Part shown: positions 7,946 through 16,655 of the stretch, one piece after another
Numbering within the stretch: position 1 is the first letter of the stretch
Layout: each line of letters begins with the position of its first letter
From: Candidatus Eiseniibacteriota bacterium
Lineage (GTDB): Bacteria; Eisenbacteria; RBG-16-71-46; CAZEPH01
Direction: 5' to 3'
NCBI GenBank assembly: GCA_044229145.1
Contig: JBGATO010000063.1
Span: forward strand, 1 to 20,121
Length of the DNA: 20,121 bases
The notes under the pieces: model-generated
Seen by the model: the letters and a program-made list of their open reading frames with translations, nothing else
What the model was told of the DNA's origin: nothing
The model's database searches: none
Made by a program: the position numbers and the translations under genes

Positions 7946-9235
7946 CTAGAGTCCCCCGGCGAGGCGGCCGGGCGCCAGACGGCCACGCGGATCCCACGCC
8001 GCCTTTACGCGTCCGGCGAGGGCGTGATAGGCGGCCGAGCGCGGCGCGCCCCACACCTCGTCGGGCGTGCGCGCGGACGCGGCGACCGTCACTGCGTCGC
8101 CTCCGCGGTCGCGGGCGGTGGCGCGCAAGGCAGCGCACGCCGCGGCAACGTGCGACGCGTCGCCGCGCAGGTGCGCGACGAGCACTCCGCGGTCGGCGTA
8201 CGCCAGCAGGCCGGCGGCCGCGACGTCGGCGTGCGCGTCGCAGGCGGCCCACAGATCGAGCGCGTCGCTCGCCGGCACGGTCAGATGCACGCGGGCGGTG
8301 GCCTGCACCGGGTCGTCGAGTTGTGGCGCCGCGACCGCCGCCCAGGCTGCCTGCGCGGCGTCGCCCTCGAGGATTTCGACATGGACCGCCGCGTCCCAGG
8401 CGCTCCGCGCCGCGTCGTGCGCCGCGTCGACGTCGGGCGCGCTGCCTTCCCAGCCGGCCACCAGCCACGTGCCGGCGCCGAGGGAGGCCAGGCCGCGCAC
8501 CACGCATACGCCCACCGGACGCTGGCGCGCCAGCCGCACGCGTTCGGCGGCGGCGAACGCGACGGCGGCATCGGCGAAGCGTGCACGGACCACGCGCTCG
8601 CGTTCGGGCAGCGCCGCCAGCCGGACGTGCAACCGCGTGAGGGCGGCCAGGGCACCCCAACTGCGGAAGAGAACGCGATGCAGATCGTAGCCGCTGACGT
8701 TCTTCACCACGCGGCCGCCGGCGCGCACCAACGTGCCATCGGCGCGATACGCTTCGGCGCCGACCACCATGGTGCGCACGGTACCGAGGTCCTGCGTGCG
8801 CGGTCCCACCACGCCGCTGGCGTGGACGCCGCCGAGCGTCGAGCGCGCCGCCCACGGCGCGTCGATCGCCAAGCGTTGGCCGGCGCCGCGCAGCGCGCGC
8901 TGGACATCGGCGAGCGTGGCGCCGGCCTGCACCGTCGCGGTGAGATCGTCCGGCGCGTGGTCGAGCACGCGCGCGAGACCGGCGAGCGACAGCGCACAGT
9001 CATAGCGCGCCGGCACCGCCCCGACCTCCATCTGCGTGCCACCGCCCCACAGGAGCGTCGCGGCGCCGGCTTCGTCGAGCATGCGCAGCGCGATGCCGAC
9101 CTGCTCCTCGTCGCGCGGCCGCACCGCGCAGAGCGGCGCGACGCCGCGCACCGCCCACGCCGCGCCGCGCATGTCCACCGCATCGGCGCCGAGCGCGGCG
9201 CGCAGCGTCTCCGGCAAGCGCGCGATCAGATCCAC
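7946..9235 (-). CDS. glcE: FAD-binding oxidoreductase, GlcE-like subunit
   Basis: GGGT, DLTATVQAGATL, STLGG..ASG..GPR, RAGGRVVKNVSGYDL, VKAAWDPRGRLAPGR; start overlaps the glcD stop. Confidence 0.88.
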   Translation of the reverse strand: MDLIARLPETLRAALGADAVDMRGAAWAVRGVAPLCAVRPRDEEQVGIALRMLDEAGAATLLWGGGTQMEVGAVPARYDCALSLAGLARVLDHAPDDLTATVQAGATLADVQRALRGAGQRLAIDAPWAARSTLGGVHASGVVGPRTQDLGTVRTMVVGAEAYRADGTLVRAGGRVVKNVSGYDLHRVLFRSWGALAALTRLHVRLAALPERERVVRARFADAAVAFAAAERVRLARQRPVGVCVVRGLASLGAGTWLVAGWEGSAPDVDAAHDAARSAWDAAVHVEILEGDAAQAAWAAVAAPQLDDPVQATARVHLTVPASDALDLWAACDAHADVAAAGLLAYADRGVLVAHLRGDASHVAAACAALRATARDRGGDAVTVAASARTPDEVWGAPRSAAYHALAGRVKAAWDPRGRLAPGRLAGGL

Positions 9236-10640
9236 ACGTCCTCCCCCACCGCGCCGGCGAGGTGCGGCACCGGATCCACCGCCGGCCCCACGCCGGTCGG
9301 GAAGATCTTCGCGGGATTGAGCCGCGCATGCGGGTCGAAGGCGCGGCGGACGGCATCCATCTGCGCGAGATCGTCGGCGGAGAACACCAGCGGCATCGCC
9401 TCGCGCTTCTCGACGCCGATGCCGTGTTCGCCGGAGAGCGCGCCGCCGAGCGCCACGCAGGCATCGAGAATGGCGTGCGCGAGATCGAGGGCGCGCGCCG
9501 TCTCCTCGCGCGAATCAGGATCGAACAACACGCAGGGATGCAGATTGCCGTCCCCGGCGTGGAACACGTTGGCGACGCGCAGACGATGCCGCGCCGCGGC
9601 TGCGGCGATCCGCCGCAACGCCTCGGGAATCACGCTGCGCGGCACCACCGGATCCATCACGTAGAAGCCCGCCGACAAGCGTCCGTACGCGCCGAACGCC
9701 GACTTGCGCGCCTTCCACAACACGAGCCGCTCGGCGTCGTCGGCGGCTTGCCGCACGTCGCGCGCGCCGGCCCGTCCACCTCGAGCAGCAGCATGCCGCC
9801 CGCCGTGAGGTCGAGGCCGAGCCCCAGCCAACTTTCGACCGCGCTCAGCGTCGCCTGATCGAGCATCTCCAGCGACGCCGGCAACAGGCCGTGCGCGATG
9901 ATCGACGACACCGCGCGTCCGGCATCCTCGATGGTGGCGAACGCGCACAGCACGGTGCGCACGGCCTCCGGAATCGGCAGCAGCCGCAGCGTGACCTCGG
10001 TCACCACGCCGAGCGTGCCTTCGCTGCCCACCACCGCGCTCAGCAGGTCGAACGGTTCGCGCGCCTCCGCGGCACCGCCGAGGCGCACCACTTCGCCATC
10101 CCACAACACGAGTTCGACGCCGAGGATGTGATTGGTGGTGGCGCCGTACTTCAGGCAATGCGGCCCGCCGGCATTCTCCGCCACGTTGCCGCCGATGGTC
10201 GACGACTGCTGGCTCGACGGATCCGGCGCGAAGTAGAGACCGTGCGGCCGCGCCGCCTCCGACAGCGTCGTGTTGATGACGCCGGGCTCCACCACCGCGA
10301 GCTGATTCCGCGGGTCGATCGCGCGGATCGCGGTCATGCGAGCGACGCTGAGGGCGATGCCGCCCTCGAGCGGCACGCAGCCGCCGCTCAGGCCGCTGCC
10401 GCTGCCGCGCGCCACCACCGGCAGCCCGGCCTCGGCCGCGACCCGCATCACCGCCGACACCTGCGCGGTGGTCGACGGCAACACCACGAGATCGGGCTGC
10501 GCGCGGGTCAGCGTGAGACCATCGGCCTCGTAGACCAGACGGCTCGCGGGATCGGCGAACGCGGCATCGCGGCCGACGATCGCCTGCAAGTGGCGCAGCA
10601 GGCTCTGCCGGCGCGCCTCGCTCACGGGTGGGACGCTCAT
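9226..10640 (-). pseudogene. glcD: Glycolate oxidase subunit GlcD, frameshifted at ~9765-9772 (true lesion or assembly error)
   Basis: N-part (ARGSGSGLSGG, FAPDPSS, TIGGNVAENAGGPHCLKYG, GSEGTLG..LLLEVDG) lies in ORF 9657..10649; C-part (LWKARKSAFGA, NVFHAGDGNLHP, SGEHGIGVEK, FDP..LNPAKIFP) lies in the other frame ending at 9226. Confidence 0.88.
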
Positions 10641-10647
10641 GCGCGGC

Positions 10648-10656
10648 ACTCTAGCA
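10648..10656 (-). promoter_or_regulatory. Extended -10 promoter TGcTAGAGT, probable leaderless glcD mRNA
   Basis: Minus strand TGCTAGAGT-gccgcgc-ATG: 7 nt between the -10 hexamer and ATG 10640; no SD. Confidence 0.6.
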
Positions 10657-10710
10657 CTCGCCGCAGTGCGGCACGAGGGTCAGGCGGGCGCATGGCACCG
10701 TGGCGCGTCC

Positions 10711-10747
10711 AGACGACAACGGCCGCCCGCAGGGAAGCGGGCGGCCG
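10711..10747 (-). terminator. Putative intrinsic terminator of the PDZ protein gene
   Basis: Perfect 11-bp stem cggccgcccgc/gcgggcggccg (10720-10747), 6-nt loop, followed on the minus strand by TTGTCGTCT. Confidence 0.65.
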
Positions 10748-10775
10748 CGTGTCGGAGTGGAGCTGGGGATCGTGT

Positions 10776-12080
10776 TTAGCGGTCGTCCTCGTCGTCGCCG
10801 ATCTGGTCGCGCAGTTCGTCGATCTGGCGCTCGAGGTCGCGGATCTCGCGGCGCAGGTCGCGGTCGTCGCGGCTGTCACGGCCACCGGAGTGGCGCTTGC
10901 GCACGATCACGCGGACGTTCTTCTCGCCGTCGTCGTCGCCGGAGCCGCCCCACAGGTCGTCGCCATCGTCATTGCCGTGCGACTTCTTGTCCGACTTGAT
11001 GATGATCTTGTGGCCGCGGCCGTCCTTCGAGTCGAAGCGGTAGATGCGCGGGCCGTCGCTGTCGTCGTCGCCGTCGCTTTCGCCATCGTCCTCGCCGTTC
11101 CACTGGAAGATCTGCGGGCCGTCGCCGGGCTTGATGTGCTTGAAGTGCATCTCGCCCTTGCCGTCCGGCAGCATCATGCCGTGCAGGCCTTCGAGACCCT
11201 TCAAACCTTCGAGGCCCTTGAGGCCCTCGAGACCCTTCAAGCCTTCGAGGCCCGGGAAGTCGCCCATCGAGACATCGCCGACCGGCGCCTTGTCGAGCGT
11301 CGCGGAAAACGTCCGGGTCGCCTTGTCGCGCACCACGGTGAGCGACACGCTGCTGCCCGGCTTGTGCCCGCGGATCTCGCTACGTGCCTCGCTCGACGAA
11401 CTCACCGGCTCGTCGCCGATCTTGGTGATGACGTCGCCCGCCTTGAGGCCGGCGGCGGCGGCCGGCGAGTCCTTCTCGACCTCGGACACCAGCACGCCGT
11501 TGTCCCCGCTGATGCCGAAGTAATCACGCAGCTGCTCGCTCATGTCGCCGAGCTGGACGCCGAGGAAGCCGCCGACGGACGGAGCGCGCTGCACGCGGAT
11601 ACGGGCCGGCGTGTCGTCGTCGTCGCCCTCGGCGCGCGGGACGCGCATCACCATCTCGCGTGCGCCGTCCATCGACGACGGGCGCTCGCCGAGCGTCGCG
11701 CTGATGTCCTTCTCGGAGCCGTCACGCATGACGCGGAAGCTGACGCTGGCGCCGGCACCGGCATCGCGCACCGCCTGCTGCACATCGCTCGGCGCTTCCA
11801 CCGCGGTGCCGTTGACGCGCAGGAGGATGTCGCCTTCGCGGAGGCCGGCCTTGTCGGCTGGGCTGCCTTCGGTGACGTCGCCGATCAGCACGCCGTGGGT
11901 CGACTTGAGGTTCATGCCGTCGCGCAGCGTCGGCGTGATGTCCTGCATCGAGACGCCGAGCCAGCCCGGTGCCTTCGCCCACGCACCGCCGGCACACGCC
12001 AGCGGCACCAGGGCGACGGCAGCGAGCGTCCAGCGCCGCAGCGCGCCGCCGGCGCGCGTTCCGTGGAGAGTTGCGTTCAT
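10776..12080 (-). CDS. Secreted tandem-PDZ-domain protein (no protease domain)
   Basis: Signal peptide (RRWTLAAVALVPLACAGGAWA); two HtrA-type PDZ domains (GWLGVSMQD..SPADKAGLREGD; GFLGVQLGD..SPAAAAGLKAGD); GLEGLK repeat; acidic linker; C-terminal coiled coil; GGAGG SD. Confidence 0.9.
   Translation of the reverse strand: MNATLHGTRAGGALRRWTLAAVALVPLACAGGAWAKAPGWLGVSMQDITPTLRDGMNLKSTHGVLIGDVTEGSPADKAGLREGDILLRVNGTAVEAPSDVQQAVRDAGAGASVSFRVMRDGSEKDISATLGERPSSMDGAREMVMRVPRAEGDDDDTPARIRVQRAPSVGGFLGVQLGDMSEQLRDYFGISGDNGVLVSEVEKDSPAAAAGLKAGDVITKIGDEPVSSSSEARSEIRGHKPGSSVSLTVVRDKATRTFSATLDKAPVGDVSMGDFPGLEGLKGLEGLKGLEGLKGLEGLHGMMLPDGKGEMHFKHIKPGDGPQIFQWNGEDDGESDGDDDSDGPRIYRFDSKDGRGHKIIIKSDKKSHGNDDGDDLWGGSGDDDGEKNVRVIVRKRHSGGRDSRDDRDLRREIRDLERQIDELRDQIGDDEDDR
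11185..11253 (-). repeat. Tandem tripeptide repeat (GLE/GLK) with 9/18-nt periodicity
   Basis: Translation PGLEGLKGLEGLKGLEGLKGLEGLHG; synonymous positions have diverged between units. Confidence 0.9.
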
Positions 12081-12296
12081 GGTTGGGTACCTCCGTCCGT
12101 CGGTCGTGGGCTGCGGGAGAGGGTCAGGCCACGTCTCCCGCGCGGAATTCTGCAGGTGGCTCCGAGGGAGCCGGGCCGGTGCGGCGCGATCGTGTGGGCA
12201 GCGCGGGCATCCGGTGTCGCGGCGCCGTGTGGGGAGGGCGGCCCCATCGCCAGCGCACGGGATCAGACACCGCGAGCCGGGGTCGCGTTGCCGGGC

Positions 12297-12557
12297 CTAG
12301 CGCCCGCGGCGGACGAATCCGTGGTACACCGCCGCGCCGCCGTCCTCGACGGTGTCCAGCGCCAGCAGCTCGTAGCGCATCGAGGTGCACCAGGCGGGCA
12401 GATCGTCGAGAATCCCGAAGTCGGTGGCGATGACGTGCAACACGCCGCCCGGCGCCACCTGTGCCATCGCCTCGCTCGCCTTGATGATGGGCAGCGGGCA
12501 CACCAGGCCCGAGGTGTCGACGACGCGGTCGGGCGCCGGCCGCGACGACGCGCTCAC
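12297..12557 (-). CDS. tusA: Sulfurtransferase TusA/SirA family protein
   Basis: VDTSGLVCPLPIIK (CPxP), LHVIATD.G..DDLPAWC; GTG 12557 lies 1 nt after the thiS stop. Confidence 0.9.
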   Translation of the reverse strand: MSASSRPAPDRVVDTSGLVCPLPIIKASEAMAQVAPGGVLHVIATDFGILDDLPAWCTSMRYELLALDTVEDGGAAVYHGFVRRGR

Positions 12558-12558
12558 G

Positions 12559-12765
12559 CTAGCCGCCGCCATGGAAGTGGACGAACTCGAGACGGTCGCC
12601 GTCGTGCACGAGGCGGGCCGCGCAGGCGTCACGCGGCACCGCTTCGCCGTTGAGCAACACGCTCACCTCGTCGGGCCGCAGGCCGCGGTCGGCGAGCACC
12701 TGCGCCACCGTGGTGCCATCGGCGACGCTATCGCGCGTGCCGTTGACCCACACGGTCGCGCTCAC
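12559..12765 (-). CDS. thiS: Sulfur carrier protein ThiS (ubiquitin-like, 68 aa)
   Basis: VWVNG...TVAQVL..V.VLLNGEAVPR.....LVHDGDRLEFVHFHGGG*; it is the C-terminal part of ORF 12559..13308; the GTG start overlaps the upstream TGA (GTGA). Confidence 0.92.
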   Translation of the reverse strand: MSATVWVNGTRDSVADGTTVAQVLADRGLRPDEVSVLLNGEAVPRDACAARLVHDGDRLEFVHFHGGG

Positions 12766-14468
12766 TTGCCGCGGGCCGGCGGCGCCACCTTGCTGGTCAG
12801 CCAGTCGGCGATCTGCCCCGCGACGTCGTCGTCGACGCGGCGCGAGGCGTCGGTAAGTTCGGCCAAGCCCGCATCGGGCAACGTCTGCATCAGGTAGTGG
12901 TCGATGAGCGGGAACTCGGCGACATCGACGTTCGACATCTTGCGATCCTTGAGCGCGAACACCAGTTTCTGCGTCGAGCCCGGCGGCACGTCGCGGTCCT
13001 GACCGCAAATGACGATCGAGGTCGGACACGTGAGCCCGGCGAGCACGTCGACGGTGCGACGCGCCACCAGCTGGCGGTACGCCGGCAGATAGAGACTGTC
13101 GCCGCCCCACTGCGCCCACAGGTCGGTGCCGGCGATCAGTTCGCTCAAGCGTTGCACCTGTTCGCGCGCCTCCGCCGCGTCGTCCGGCAGCATCGGCGTG
13201 ATCTCGACGCGTTCCATCATCAGCGAGTCGATGGGATCGCCGGGCGGACCCAGCAACACCGCGGCGGCCCACTGCACGTCCTTGGTCGGCGCCATCGCCA
13301 CGGCCCACGATGCGATGTCGGGCGCGACCACCGCGATGCGCTTCTTGTCGACGCCCTTGACCTTGGCGAGCGCGCGCGCCGCGGCCTGTAAGTCGGCGAC
13401 GCGATCCTCCATCGTCACCGCCGCGCGATCGCCGGTGCTGCGGCCGACGCCGCGCCCGTCATAGCGCAGCGTCACGAACCCGCGCCGGGCCAGCATCGCG
13501 GCGAACGCCTTGGCGCCGTCCTGCACCAATGGACTACCGGTGAGCGCCCAATCGCGGGTGCGATGCCCGAGCCCGCCGGCCAGGATGACGCCGGGCAGCG
13601 CGACGTTGGTGTCCGGGCGCACCACGGTGCCAGAGAGCACCGCGCCGGCCGAGGGAATCGTCAGGTCGCTGACCTTCAGGCCGGATTCGAGGCCGGGCAG
13701 CGTCCACGCGGTGCCGTAGTAGTTGTCGCGCAACGCCTCGAGTCCCTGCGCCGGCAGCGTGACGCGCACGATGCGCAGCGAGTCGTCCACCCACACGTTC
13801 AGCGGATCGCGGCCGACCCGCAGGAAGTAGTGGCGCGCCGCGTACTCGCCGTTCGGCATCCGCACCGGCAGCAGGCCGTTGTCGGTGATCTGGGCGTCGG
13901 GGTTGTTGCCGGTGCTCGGCGAGTAGGTCGGGAACGTCTGCACGCCGCCGGCGTCGAGGTCGTACCGCGCGAGCAGCGGATACAGCATCACCAGCGTGCG
14001 AATGTCGAACAGCACGCCTTGCACGCTGTCGAACGGCGCATGGTGATCGATCGGACTCGGCTTCTCGGGCGCCGTGATGTCCATCGTCTGGCCGGACTCG
14101 TGCACGCCGGTCGGCTCGGGCACCACGACGACGTCTTCCAGCGTGCCGTGCGCGAGGCCGAGCATATGGTAGCGCCGCAGAGTGCCGGTGGCCGCATCGA
14201 GCACCAGTTCGGGCTGCAACTTCACGAAATTGGCGTTGACGATGCCGATGGTGTCGCCTGGCGTGTGCACCTCGACCACCGCCTGCAGGTGGAGCGAGTC
14301 GGCCTCGTCCTGGTAGATGGCGAAGCTCTCGGTGGCCGTCTTCACCCCGCCGGCGTAGATGTTGAACTTGCCGGTATCGTGCGGAATGCGGCCCGCCGCC
14401 GAGCCCGCCGCCGGTGCGGCGAGCGTCAGCGCGAGCGCCAGCGCCGCGCCGAAATGCGAGTGCGTCAC
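12762..14468 (-). CDS. Secreted alpha/beta-fold hydrolase-like protein with an N-terminal beta-rich (DUF3108-like) domain
   Basis: Signal peptide; LSGTVVRP...PGVILAGG, GFVTLRYDGRGVGRS, VDKKRIAVV, ICGQDRDVPP, DHYL; the nucleophile elbow is atypical. Confidence 0.82.
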   Translation of the reverse strand: MTHSHFGAALALALTLAAPAAGSAAGRIPHDTGKFNIYAGGVKTATESFAIYQDEADSLHLQAVVEVHTPGDTIGIVNANFVKLQPELVLDAATGTLRRYHMLGLAHGTLEDVVVVPEPTGVHESGQTMDITAPEKPSPIDHHAPFDSVQGVLFDIRTLVMLYPLLARYDLDAGGVQTFPTYSPSTGNNPDAQITDNGLLPVRMPNGEYAARHYFLRVGRDPLNVWVDDSLRIVRVTLPAQGLEALRDNYYGTAWTLPGLESGLKVSDLTIPSAGAVLSGTVVRPDTNVALPGVILAGGLGHRTRDWALTGSPLVQDGAKAFAAMLARRGFVTLRYDGRGVGRSTGDRAAVTMEDRVADLQAAARALAKVKGVDKKRIAVVAPDIASWAVAMAPTKDVQWAAAVLLGPPGDPIDSLMMERVEITPMLPDDAAEAREQVQRLSELIAGTDLWAQWGGDSLYLPAYRQLVARRTVDVLAGLTCPTSIVICGQDRDVPPGSTQKLVFALKDRKMSNVDVAEFPLIDHYLMQTLPDAGLAELTDASRRVDDDVAGQIADWLTSKVAPPARGK

Positions 14469-14547
14469 GAGTTCTCTACCTTTCCTGGGACACTGCGATG
14501 GGAGGGCAGCCGGCGGTCATCCGCGCGGCCTGCCGGAGACAGACGCC

Positions 14548-15000
14548 TCAGAACGACACCACGTTGGCGTCGCGCACGCCGAACACCAGTTCGGTGTGAT
14601 CGAGGATCGACCGCAGGTGGTCGCGCTTGGCGCGCATCCAGGCCGGCACGGCGTCCTCGCCGACCGGACGGAACCCCAAGCCCTCGAAGAACACCATGTC
14701 CTCGGGGCGGGTCACCAGGCACACCGAATCCTGCACGTCCTCGACGATGCGCTGCACGAGGAAGCGGCCGATGCCTTCCGAGCGATGCTCGCGCACGACC
14801 ACCAAGTCGGCGAGTTCGGCTACTCCGTCTTCGACATGGATGCGGCCGCAGCCGAGCACCAAGTTGCCCTTCTCGTGCGCCGCCACGATCCACTCGTCGG
14901 GCGTGATGTCGTCGGCCGGGAGGCGCTCCTCGTGGAGCAGCGCCCTGATCGCCGGGATGTCGTCCTTACCGGCGCGCCGAAAGTGGATGAACTGGATCAC
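14548..15000 (-). CDS. GNAT family N-acetyltransferase (ArgA/ArsN2-like)
   Basis: FRRA..DDIPAIRALL, ELADLVV..EHRSEGIGRFLV (acetyl-CoA motif A), FFEGLGF; GTG 15000 preceded by GAGGA. Confidence 0.88.
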   Translation of the reverse strand: MIQFIHFRRAGKDDIPAIRALLHEERLPADDITPDEWIVAAHEKGNLVLGCGRIHVEDGVAELADLVVVREHRSEGIGRFLVQRIVEDVQDSVCLVTRPEDMVFFEGLGFRPVGEDAVPAWMRAKRDHLRSILDHTELVFGVRDANVVSF

Positions 15001-15046
15001 GGGACTTCCTCGGGACGGGCAGCGTCGCGCGGGTGCGCAAGCCGTG

Positions 15047-15075
15047 AGCGTAGGCAGCCGGGCATGCGGTGTCAA
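15047..15075 (-). promoter_or_regulatory. Sigma70 promoter TTGACA-N17-TACGCT for the GNAT-hydrolase-thiS-tusA genes
   Basis: Perfect -35 at 15075-15070, 17-nt spacer, TAnnnT -10 at 15052-15047, 47 nt upstream of the GTG. Confidence 0.78.
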
Positions 15076-15277
15076 CGCGGGGCGGCAGCGGACCACGAGC
15101 CGGAAAAGCCCCGGCCGGCGCGCGTAAAGTGCTGGCAATTTGCCGCCTCCATCTTACAAGATCAGCCGCGCGGCGCGCCCTCCAGCTTGCGGTCCCGGCG
15201 TCCCGCCTCCGACGAGCGTCGCCCCCGCCCTCCATGCGGCGGCGCGTGGGTTCCCCGAGACGAGTCAGAGGACGTTC

Positions 15278-16594
15278 GTGGCGCCTCTCGAAGAAAGCCT
15301 CTCCACCGAAGAGCTGCGCGATGCGTGGTTTCTCCTGTCGCACGACGACCGTGCCTGGGGACTCCGCTCGCTGCCGCGCGCCGAGGCGGAGGATTTCTTC
15401 TTCTCGCTGTCCGCCCGGGATCAGGCCGAGTTGATCGCGGCCTTGCCGCTCGAGGAGCGGCGGTCGTGGATGCGCCTGTTGCCGCCGGACGACGCCGCCG
15501 ACCTCATCCAGGAGTCCGAGCCCGAGGATCGCGACGCGCTCCTCGACCTGCTCAACCGCGCCACCCGCCGCGAGGTCGTCGCGCTGCTCGCCTACGCCGA
15601 GGACGAGGCGGGTGGACTCATGAACCCGCGCTTCGCCCGCGTGCGCCCCGAGATGACGGTGGACGCGGCGATCAGCTACCTGCGGCGGCAGACGCTCGAG
15701 TACCTCGAGACCATCTACTACATCTACGTCCTCGACGAGCAGCAGAAGCTCCTCGGTGTGGTGTCGTTTCGCGAGTTGTTCGCCGCCGCGCCGACCAAGC
15801 TGGTGCGCGATGTCATGGAGACCGACATCGTCACGGTCACCGACGACCTCGATCAGGAGTCGGTGAGCCGCGTGTTCGCCGAGCACGACCTGCTGGCGGC
15901 GCCGGTGGTCGATGCCGATGGCCGCATGAAGGGTATCGTCACCGTCGACGACATCGTCGACGTGGTCGAGGAAGAGGCCACCGAGGACATCCAGAAGATC
16001 GGTGGTATGGAAGCGCTCGACGCGCCGTACCTCGAGACCGGCTTCTGGGCCCTCATCCGCAAGCGCATCGGCTGGCTGACCGCGCTGTTCCTCTCCGAAA
16101 TGCTCACCACCTCGGCGATGGGCCGGTTCCAGAGCGAGATCGAGAAGTTCTCGACGCTGGCGTTGTTCGTGCCGCTCATCGTGTCGAGCGGCGGCAACTC
16201 GGGGTCGCAGGCGTCGACGCTGGTGATCCGCGCGATGTCGCTCGACGAAGTCCGGCTGCGCGACTGGTGGCGCGTCATGCGGCGCGAAGTGATGTCGGGC
16301 TTGGCGATGGGCGCCATCCTCGGCGTGATCGGGATGATCCGCATTCTGGTCTGGCAGTATTTCTTCCACACCTACCAGTATCCGGTGCGGGTCGGGCTGA
16401 CCATCTGCGTGTCGCTGCTCGGCGTGGTGGTGAGCGGCACGACGGCGGGATCGCTGCTGCCGTTCATCCTGCGGCGGCTCAAGTTCGACCCGGCGAGTGC
16501 GTCGGCGCCGTTCGTGGCGACGCTCGTGGACGTCTCGGGGATCATCATCTACTTCGAAGTCGCCCACTTCTTCCTCAAGGGCGTCGTCTACTAA
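15278..16594 (+). CDS. mgtE: Magnesium transporter MgtE
   Basis: MgtE_N (LPPDDAADLI), AGGLM, CBS pair (IYYIYVLD..GIVTVDD), SSGGNSGSQAS, DPASASAPFVATLVDVSG; GTG 15278 preceded by AGAGGA. Confidence 0.97.
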   Translation: MAPLEESLSTEELRDAWFLLSHDDRAWGLRSLPRAEAEDFFFSLSARDQAELIAALPLEERRSWMRLLPPDDAADLIQESEPEDRDALLDLLNRATRREVVALLAYAEDEAGGLMNPRFARVRPEMTVDAAISYLRRQTLEYLETIYYIYVLDEQQKLLGVVSFRELFAAAPTKLVRDVMETDIVTVTDDLDQESVSRVFAEHDLLAAPVVDADGRMKGIVTVDDIVDVVEEEATEDIQKIGGMEALDAPYLETGFWALIRKRIGWLTALFLSEMLTTSAMGRFQSEIEKFSTLALFVPLIVSSGGNSGSQASTLVIRAMSLDEVRLRDWWRVMRREVMSGLAMGAILGVIGMIRILVWQYFFHTYQYPVRVGLTICVSLLGVVVSGTTAGSLLPFILRRLKFDPASASAPFVATLVDVSGIIIYFEVAHFFLKGVVY

Positions 16595-16655
16595 ACCTCT
16601 CCACCGCAATCGCTTAGCGAGGCGGCACGAAATCCGGCGAATTTTCGCGGCGGCG

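Noticed and set aside
9760..9785. Programmed -1 ribosomal frameshift in glcD
   Set aside because: No X-XXY-YYZ slippery heptamer at the junction, and residues appear to be missing, which a frameshift would not restore.
11185..11253. CRISPR or DNA-level VNTR
   Set aside because: In-frame coding repeat with synonymous divergence and no spacers; no cas genes nearby.
10776..12080. degP/htrA call
   Set aside because: No trypsin domain or GNSGG motif; only PDZ domains.
12559..13308. 249-aa ORF as an N-terminally extended ThiS
   Set aside because: The upstream part overlaps the hydrolase gene out of frame and has shadow-ORF composition; the GTGA-coupled start at 12765 gives a normal-sized ThiS.
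15133..15143. Sigma54 site TGGCA..TTGC upstream of mgtE
   Set aside because: Spacing between GG and GC is too short for a -24/-12 promoter.
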